Below, piece after piece: positions 57,701-64,000 of a stretch of DNA of 64,000 nucleotides; the stretch's first letter is position 1; the number at the start of each line of letters is the position of its first letter. The notes beneath the pieces were generated by a model, which was not told where the DNA came from, did no database searches, and saw only the letters and a program-made list of their open reading frames with translations. The translations under genes were made by a program, and so were the position numbers. The stretch covers positions 11,082 through 75,081 of the forward strand of contig DPGI01000004.1 in assembly GCA_003522085.1 (NCBI GenBank). Reading direction: 5' to 3'. Source of the DNA: Clostridiales bacterium. GTDB lineage: Bacteria > Bacillota > Clostridia > Christensenellales > UBA1242.

Positions 57701-60700
57701 AAGTTGGAAAAGGAATCCGACTTGTTACAATCAAGTTAAACGAAGCCGTGCTCAGTCCATCACATACAGGTACATTGTCGGGAGTGCTTCAAATCATTCC
57801 GAAAGCGTGGTATGTTGACGACAAGATTATCGCAGGCTATGAAAACTCGATTATTAAAATGGTAATTAATTATGCGGACGGAACAGAAGAAAATCCTTAT
57901 GTTTTAAGTTCGGCAGAAGATGTGATTGCTATTGGCGAAAGTGATGCCGCAATGAAATCACATTATAGATTGTCGACCACTATTGATTTAAGCGGATATT
58001 CAAGCAAATTGCCTCTTGGTGGAGATAAAGCATTTTCTGGATCGATTGTCGGAACAGACGATGCTTCAATCGTTGGAATTAACATTAAAAATGTTTCGGC
58101 AACCGGCAATTTTGGATTATTTAATTCTATAACAGGAAAAATTAAAAATTTAACAATAAAAGGTTCTATCAACCTTCAAACAGGAAGCGTTGTTGGTGGC
58201 TTGCTTGCAAGCAAACTTGCTAGCGGCGCGCAACTTACAAACGTAACCGCATACATTTCAAAAAGCAGCATAAAAGCAGGAGCAAACCCTGTAAAATTCG
58301 GTGGACTTGTTGGTGAAAATAATGGCACAATAGAAGATATGTGCGTGATTTATGAAGACTTTATGACAATCTCTTCAACATCTTCTGAAGTTCGTGCCGG
58401 TGGAATTGCAGGAGAAAGCACTGGCAGTATCTTAGGAAGAAAAGATGTAACAAGTCGCTTTGGCATTTCTGCTTATTCAGTTTATGCACTTATTAAAGTT
58501 GAAGACGAAAACGGTCAATTTGTAACAACAGGCTCAGTCGGCGCAGTTGCTTCGCAGCAAACTGGTGGACAAATTCTCAATATACTTGCTGGCGGAGAGC
58601 TTTATGCTGAGCGTGCCGGCGGAATAGTTGCTGATTTTGCTGAGAACAAAGGAACTAAAATAGATGGATTTACAGTTCGAACTCAAGTTCGCGGACAAAA
58701 AGTTGCACTTATTGCTGTAAGTGCGCCAGAAGGTTCAATCGCTTTCGCGGAAAATACTTCTGATGATCCAATTAAAGGATTCAAAATTCAAGCAACAGAC
58801 GATGGTGTAAGCACAGGTATTTATGCTTCAATGTATGTATTGATTCGAAATTCGATTGGCGAAGGAGACTTCAAATTTGAAAGCGAAAAAGCGAGAAACC
58901 ACAAACTTGCAATTTACGATGGACCAGCGGAAATAGAAAAGTATACATCATTTGACTCTTATGTAAACAGAACTGAAATCAGCCTTGCCAATAGCATTGA
59001 TTTTGAATATACAAACGATCAATACTTTGGCGACGTTTTGTTTGTTTCTCGAAACGAAGGCCTTGTAAAAGAAGTATACAATTTTGCAAAACAAACCACA
59101 TCATTTGATGTCGAGCCAAACGAAGATAACGGCTTTAAACGTCTTGTTGACAATGCCGGCAATGGTTCAAACGTAATATTTGCATATTATTTTGAAGCGG
59201 CCGGATATTATGGTGCGCAAGGTTATACAACGGAACAAGTTTACGAAGCGCAACTTGTTTTGGACGATTTAAACAAACTTAAATTGAACAGCAAGTTCTA
59301 TCCAATCAAAATAGCGGGTTCTGATATTTCAATTTCATCAAAAAGTTCACTTGTTGAAATTTCGGCTTCTGGCGAACTTTACATCAAAGGCACAGGTGTT
59401 GCTGAAATTGAAGTGAGCAGTTTACTTAACAGAAAAAACAACGAAAAGATTTATTTATATATAATAAATTACTTCAATATTGAGTCTTATTTAAATGAGG
59501 GTCCGGATAAAGAAACGGGAATTTTCACACTTGGAGATTTAGTTCTCGGAGCGGAAAGTTCGTTTAAAGTTTACTCTAATGCAGGCGTTGATGTTATGAT
59601 TTCTCCTTCATATTATCAAAAAAACTTTAAGGTAAAAGATATTGTCGCAAAAGATGCGGGAAGTGAAAACACCGACAACGGAGTTTGGGCATCGATTTCG
59701 CGCAGCGGACTTGTTCGAATTTCAAACCAACTTATTCAATTAAAATCAAACCATTCAGTTACGGCTAAAGCTGAAGGAACATTAAATCACGGGGCAGCAA
59801 CTCCTTCAAGAGATGGCATCACTTTCACAAAAACCAAGGATGTTTTAGATCCTAACGCAAGTGATACGATTACGTTAAAAGCATCAATGAAACAAACAAT
59901 TGATGGCAAGGAATATCACCTTGATATCACAACTCTTAAAAATGTTAAAATCAATTATTATGAAGGGGCAAAAGAAATTAAGTCGCTTAATGAAAATTAT
60001 GTTCTTTCCTCAAGTATCGTTGTAAATGATACGTTCGTAATTGACTCAGACGATAAAGATGATTTCATCAACGAAAATAAGGTCAAATTTGTTGATAAAG
60101 AAACTGACATAGAGACAAAAATATTTAATGTAAAATTTGAAAAAGTGAAAGACAAAGCACTGACATTTAATGCTCAAATTTCAGTTAATAAAAATTCTGA
60201 AGAATTTCAAAACAGATTTACTAAAAACATTTATAAAGAATATAAAATGATTCTTCAAGCAAAATCAAATGAAGAATATGTGAAAGAAATTCCTATTCTT
60301 CTTGTTCAAGAAAACGTTGATGTAATTGCTTTCACAAATTATGCGTTGAGTGTAGCCGAAAACGGAGGCAACCTTGTATTAGATGAGACAAACAATATTG
60401 TTCCTGGAATTAGGGGAATGCTTTCAGTTACACTTTCACCACTTGATGCTGATTTTGACTATGTTGAAATTGCAAACAACGAAATGAATACTCTTGATGG
60501 TGCAAGCCAAGGAACATTTGTTATTGGAATGATGGTTAATGGCGAATTTAAAGTTATTCCAAACGCAGAATCAATCGACGGCGGAGTAAAAATTTCAAAA
60601 TCAAATCTTGAAAAATTCTTTGCAGATAAAAGCAACAACGCAAACTATCAAGGTCAAATTTTCGTTAGATACATTTTCTCAAACAAAGATGTTGAAGACG

Positions 60701-63700
60701 GAACCTCAGTTGGAATTGATGTAACGGTAAGACAAACCGGCGGAGACCTTTCAAGAACAGCAAGTTATAAATTCTATAAGAAAGACGGGGTTAAACTGGG
60801 GCTTACAGGATTTACAAACAAAACATTTGTTGCTCGTGGTCTTGAATATGAACTTGATGTATCGACGATTGGCTATGACGAAAGCACAGTATTATTGACA
60901 TCTAATAAGCCTCAACAGGCTGCCATCATAAATCGTGATGGAAAGTATTATGTAAAAATCACTAATGATACAATCTCTTATCCAAACGGCATTGCGGGAT
61001 TGCCATTTACATTGACTCTTTCAGCAAGCAAAGTCGATGACTTTGGCGGAAGTGTTGTTGATACTTGCGAATTAAACTTGACCATTTTGGAATATGTCAT
61101 TAACTATGACAATCAAACAGCGCAAGACATTGTTTCGGGAACAAGCAACGGCGTATTGACAACTGCAGTTGGAGATAAAAAACAACTTGCGATTTCATTT
61201 GACGGACTTGTAGAATACGACCATGAAAACAACACGGTTGCGGCTATGGTGGCTTCGTTCCTTAACGAACTTTCAACAAAAGGAACTTGGACGATTTACA
61301 CCGACCTTAACCAAAACAATGCAAGCGGTGAACCTACTCTTGCTTTGCCTATTTCGAATCTAAATTCGACAAAATCGGTTATCACAGAGCGCGAAGATTT
61401 CAATATAAGATATCTTAAAATTTCAGACCTTGCTCTTACAACTTTACAATCTCACGATCCACAAGTCGTAAGAAGATATTACTTCACATACAGCGGACGC
61501 TACAAAGTGAGCGGGGGAAAATATGTCTATGAAAACGATAATAGTGCTCTTCCTATCAACTCTCAATTTGATGTTTACTCTTACATGAGAGGTTCGGAAG
61601 AGAGCCCTAACCCTGTAACCACCTATAAAGAATTTTTAGAGATGGAACAAGGCGGATATTACATTCAGTTGCAAGATATTCATGTTCCTGCTGATGAATT
61701 TGCTCCATTAAACACGGCAATCAAATATTTTGACGGAAATAGTTATAAATTTATATTTGACGATGCAACATACGAACTTGGAACAACAAATTCAGTTGGA
61801 CTCTTTGGAACAGTTAATTCAGGCACAATTATTAAAAACATCACAATTCAAACGGGAAGCGAAGAAGTTGACTATGTCACATTCAATTCTTCAGCAACTT
61901 CTGCCATTAACTTTGGTTTTGTGGCTGGCTCAAACAGCGGAACAATCACAAATGCAAAGATTATAAATGGTGGAGTGTCAAGTTCGCTTGCGTTTAAAAA
62001 CACACCTTCAACCGAAGGTTACTATTTCGGCGGTGTTGTTGGACAAAACAGCGGCTACATAACTCACAGCCAATCACACATTGTGATTGAATCGGTTGTC
62101 AGTATGGGAGGTGTTGTTGGCTCAAACCAAGGCACAGTCGCATCATCACTTTTCAAAAACGGAAAATTGACAAACAAATCAATTTACAACGATATTTTTG
62201 GAGTCGGCGGCGTTGCTGCAGTCAACAGCGAAAGCGCTGTGATTGTCACAAGTTATTCGTCGGGTGTTGTAAGCGGCGACAGAATCTACTCTATGGAAAC
62301 AGATGGAAGCATTCTTGATTCGAGTGTTCCGGTTGGCGGATTCATTTTCAGAAACGAAGGAACAATCAGAGATTGCTATTCAAATATACCTTTGGTTACA
62401 ACTTCACGTTGCGCAGGATTTGCATTTAACAACAACGGAAAAATCATTCGCAGTTTCTCCACAAGCAAAATCACAAACGACAACAGTGCAACAAACTTCT
62501 ATTTTGCAGGAGAGGGCATTGGAACGTTTGAAAACTGTTATTACATCAAAGGAAAAAGAATCAACAAAACACTTTCACCTTTGACACATACGGGTATCGC
62601 TGCTTTGACTTACAATGAAGAAGGCAACGGCAATTCACCAACTATTACTCAGAATGATTTTAAAGATCTTGCAAAACACTTTGGCGAATATTCATATGCT
62701 CAAGTGCCAAGCTATAACACAGTTTGGTTCTTCAGCGACGGCAATATTTCAACAGCGTTTCCATCACAGCAATTTGCTGGCGGAAGATTAGAACTTGCAA
62801 GTGCAAATATTGTTGCTACAAGTAAAAAGGAACACGTTAGAACAACACTCAATTCAGACGGAATTGCAGTTTACATTTATGCAACTGCAAAAGACACTCC
62901 AGATGACGGAAGCGTATTCAATCCATACGTGATTTATTCTCCAGAAACAATGGAAAATTATTTTGTCACAAACAACAAAATTGCAAGTGGCAATTATAGA
63001 CTTGTTTGTCCAATAGATTACTCATCACTTGCTTCGGACTATTCACGTCTTTACACAATCGACATGAAAGGAAATTTTGAAGCAAACGATATGACAATCA
63101 GCGGTATCACTCTTTCATCAAATGAAAAATTGGATTATGCTGGATTGTTTGGAAGCATCACAGGTGCGGCAAGTGGCATCAATGCTTCAATTATGAACCT
63201 TAACTTGATTCCAAAAGAAGTTGTCTTTAACAACGCTTCAGAAGTTGGTGGGCTTGTTGGACGTGCTCAAAACGCCAATATTTACAACATCAACATCTAT
63301 GGTGCAAGTTCAGGTGAAGAAGCAGATGTGACCGACGAACTTACAACCGTTACGGGCAAAAACATCGTCGGCGGTGTTGTCGGACTCACCAAAAACAGCT
63401 TCAATATTAAAAATGTTCGCTCACTTATCGGCGCATTTGCAACAAACGTGCCATCAGATAAGAGCCAAATCGATTTTGAAAAAGAAGGCTCAAACTATGA
63501 CAATATCTCGTTTGTTGGCGGAATCGCAGGATACGTTTCGGGCAGCGGAACAATCAAAAATGCTTATGTAAACCGCGCAGCATCAAACATAATCGGTGGC
63601 AAAGCAGGATTTATGTATGGCGGAGTTGCAAAAGAGGCAACAATTAGAAATTCTTACCTTTATATGAACACTGCTATGAGAATGAAACCATATAGATATG

Positions 63701-64000
63701 CCGGACTTATCGCAGGCGAAATTAAAGGTAAGCTTTATGATACTTATGTTTATGGATATGCAAACGTGGTTGACGGAACAGAAGAACTGTTTGCATTAAA
63801 ACCTTTTGCGGCAACCGCTATCGGCGGAATCGCGGGATTGCTTAATGGCGGTGAAATCACAACTGCTTACACAAGCCAAGGTTTTGCAATCGGAAACCAA
63901 CCAACTGCATCGGTTGAAATTAACACAGTAAACTATGTCGGCGGAATTGTCGGCCAAGTAAGCGGCACAGGCAACAAAATTAGTCAAGTTGTAGTTGCCG
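54751..64000 (+). CDS. Second giant GLUG-module surface lipoprotein, 3' end beyond the window (more than 3,083 codons); absent from the supplied ORF track
   Basis: ATG 54751 lies 22 nt after the ATPase stop, preceded by GAAAGGA. The N-terminus MERVRRNIKKLISCLCLGVIMLLSGLFFVGC|GES has a lipobox-like FVGC. Frame 1 stays open to 63999. I translated 54751 to about 58700 and spot-checked 61681-61860, 62881-63180 and 63901-63999. A Big_2-like start is followed by GLUG-type modules beginning near 57892 (NPYVLSSAEDVIAIG...FSGSIVG...GLFNSITGKIKNLTIKG), 61609 and 62920. All the small track ORFs in this span are in frame 2 or on the minus strand. Confidence 0.85.
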   Translation, partial: MERVRRNIKKLISCLCLGVIMLLSGLFFVGCGESPADKLTLNPDREVVDVYAGESENITFTIGNYTNGIDTSLSFTLVDSTISSTESEHVKLEVVNKDGTKTTVKVTGKTGGKTTLVASTNEGNKKASVIINVKQYSSKFELKRNSLIYVSKTTPFIPSEKLFNFDDNATERKVTFHFTDAVSKANDNNAFVKAELVKDENDIYSVIFYQEDGFAVVRDEYKNILEGTGISIVAKYYNPQTNATESQQFNLTVLYGFEDGTKIEAYDDAGAVEKIELVTNDDGDGTNNWRSKNFKVKVPHVENIEGTENVKFDVQNDKNGLISVQKVKNLDESTANIDVYDFEIVSTAVAASQTTIRLRLYYEIDGISYVDSGDSSVEQQISIPVYVKIAPSKIVVNNVEQTSADNQYDFYNHYDGEFGWREFNIDVYATDSSFEHVLMTFDNDLIVKYKNKVYTAGVTTYQLKIDDVKQKVYVRGASDAPATTSPKQIKFEVVSDYIRSECSYVCNYSILTGATRLEYDNPNTGYEYKPNQGNTGVFVSSSSIEAVFTHLITDNDFGYATVSYYDGQITAARVVYDGKEEYAGSALGKIVKLKIIPQKVGDVTYKITLDNGVSKLVTFRVIDTFDNFSVNLAGTGNDGVQSAEKVTAPEEGYNDEMKLVMQNTTEKDSDGNIKIVYDKKASLILGSSNGSSVFYSVTHSISNVGVVAVEGSDKTNYVVTTSKYGEGYIDFKAVGINIEDFKVSSITRLAKVNFTSFVPVYSLDVYDTNKDGVINAKANNISLYVGSMVSDPELQTARLSIKVEPQADAYGFYDPTSSDASTSVMRNENYNERYVYWTVNGANVYTLNNEPADLARMIYGQTYKIGPDAINYFGTFDTITGTFLINKDMKATFTFTMFASIRQYGNSKYFSVTIKGETYDFVERVYTNVSANELVFTPSKKSYEIGVYLNPATATNTDVVAKFISNNAEEKNKLINEGEIVIKEVGKGIRLVTIKLNEAVLSPSHTGTLSGVLQIIPKAWYVDDKIIAGYENSIIKMVINYADGTEENPYVLSSAEDVIAIGESDAAMKSHYRLSTTIDLSGYSSKLPLGGDKAFSGSIVGTDDASIVGINIKNVSATGNFGLFNSITGKIKNLTIKGSINLQTGSVVGGLLASKLASGAQLTNVTAYISKSSIKAGANPVKFGGLVGENNGTIEDMCVIYEDFMTISSTSSEVRAGGIAGESTGSILGRKDVTSRFGISAYSVYALIKVEDENGQFVTTGSVGAVASQQTGGQILNILAGGELYAERAGGIVADFAENKGTKIDGFTVRTQVRGQKVALIAVSAPEGSIAFAENTSDDPIKGFKIQATDDGVSTGIYASMYVLIRNSIGEGDFKFESEKARNHKLAIYDGPAEIEKYTSFDSYVNRTEISLANSIDFEYTNDQYFGDVLFVSRNEGLVKEVYNFAKQTTSFDVEPNEDNGFKRLVDNAGNGSNVIFAYYFEAAGYYGAQGYTTEQVYEAQLVLDDLNKLKLNSKFYPIKIAGSDISISSKSSLVEISASGELYIKGTGVAEIEVSSLLNRKNNEKIYLYIINYFNIESYLNEGPDKETGIFTLGDLVLGAESSFKVYSNAGVDVMISPSYYQKNFKVKDIVAKDAGSENTDNGVWASISRSGLVRISNQLIQLKSNHSVTAKAEGTLNHGAATPSRDGITFTKTKDVLDPNASDTITLKASMKQTIDGKEYHLDITTLKNVKINYYEGAKEIKSLNENYVLSSSIVVNDTFVIDSDDKDDFINENKVKFVDKETDIETKIFNVKFEKVKDKALTFNAQISVNKNSEEFQNRFTKNIYKEYKMILQAKSNEEYVKEIPILLVQENVDVIAFTNYALSVAENGGNLVLDETNNIVPGIRGMLSVTLSPLDADFDYVEIANNEMNTLDGASQGTFVIGMMVNGEFKVIPNAESIDGGVKISKSNLEKFFADKSNNANYQGQIFVRYIFSNKDVEDGTSVGIDVTVRQTGGDLSRTASYKFYKKDGVKLGLTGFTNKTFVARGLEYELDVSTIGYDESTVLLTSNKPQQAAIINRDGKYYVKITNDTISYPNGIAGLPFTLTLSASKVDDFGGSVVDTCELNLTILEYVINYDNQTAQDIVSGTSNGVLTTAVGDKKQLAISFDGLVEYDHENNTVAAMVASFLNELSTKGTWTIYTDLNQNNASGEPTLALPISNLNSTKSVITEREDFNIRYLKISDLALTTLQSHDPQVVRRYYFTYSGRYKVSGGKYVYENDNSALPINSQFDVYSYMRGSEESPNPVTTYKEFLEMEQGGYYIQLQDIHVPADEFAPLNTAIKYFDGNSYKFIFDDATYELGTTNSVGLFGTVNSGTIIKNITIQTGSEEVDYVTFNSSATSAINFGFVAGSNSGTITNAKIINGGVSSSLAFKNTPSTEGYYFGGVVGQNSGYITHSQSHIVIESVVSMGGVVGSNQGTVASSLFKNGKLTNKSIYNDIFGVGGVAAVNSESAVIVTSYSSGVVSGDRIYSMETDGSILDSSVPVGGFIFRNEGTIRDCYSNIPLVTTSRCAGFAFNNNGKIIRSFSTSKITNDNSATNFYFAGEGIGTFENCYYIKGKRINKTLSPLTHTGIAALTYNEEGNGNSPTITQNDFKDLAKHFGEYSYAQVPSYNTVWFFSDGNISTAFPSQQFAGGRLELASANIVATSKKEHVRTTLNSDGIAVYIYATAKDTPDDGSVFNPYVIYSPETMENYFVTNNKIASGNYRLVCPIDYSSLASDYSRLYTIDMKGNFEANDMTISGITLSSNEKLDYAGLFGSITGAASGINASIMNLNLIPKEVVFNNASEVGGLVGRAQNANIYNINIYGASSGEEADVTDELTTVTGKNIVGGVVGLTKNSFNIKNVRSLIGAFATNVPSDKSQIDFEKEGSNYDNISFVGGIAGYVSGSGTIKNAYVNRAASNIIGGKAGFMYGGVAKEATIRNSYLYMNTAMRMKPYRYAGLIAGEIKGKLYDTYVYGYANVVDGTEELFALKPFAATAIGGIAGLLNGGEITTAYTSQGFAIGNQPTASVEINTVNYVGGIVGQVSGTGNKISQVVVA

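Overview
This 64-kb window comes from a low-GC chromosome (high-30s % GC by eye) that looks like Bacillota/Clostridia. The standard genetic code applies, since TGA is used as a stop at 6880-6882 and 50043-50045.

Much of the window is ordinary housekeeping sequence:
- tRNA-Glu, comFC, a MOP-family flippase and a DUF421/DUF4363 pair.
- pth-mfd followed by a PrsA-like lipoprotein.
- A ywmB-like gene, a spoIIQ-like M23 gene, acpP and spoIIID.
- ttcA-like, radC, uvrBA and a walJ/htrC-like pair.
- fba, hflX, a GT32 glycosyltransferase and a DUF1858 gene.

About 43% of the window is taken up by two paralogous giant surface lipoprotein genes built from Ig-like regions and repeated GLUG-type modules.
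- Giant 1 (17027-35320) encodes 6,097 aa.
- Giant 2 starts at 54751 and runs off the window, with more than 3,083 codons open. It is missing from the supplied ORF track because it has no stop codon inside the window.

The most interesting signal is at the 3' end of giant 1. A perfect 97-bp inverted repeat (34640-34736 and 35937-36033) brackets a 1,200-bp segment. That segment holds the expressed C-terminal ~194 codons, one bidirectional terminator, and a diverged 195-codon alternative C-terminus on the opposite strand that has no promoter or start of its own. Both repeat arms are read in the same codon phase. This has the same layout as the phage Mu G-segment or a shufflon, and it would swap the distal tip of an N-terminally lipid-anchored giant protein. 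No recombinase gene is visible in the window.

Giant 2 begins 22 nt after the stop of a VirB3/PrgI-VirB4 fusion ATPase, and no other type IV secretion genes lie upstream.

I also recovered one small gene missed by the track (a 53-aa LysM protein), several consensus or extended -10 promoters, two candidate leaderless mRNAs and a set of intrinsic terminators. I saw no CRISPR array, rRNA, integrase or transposase.
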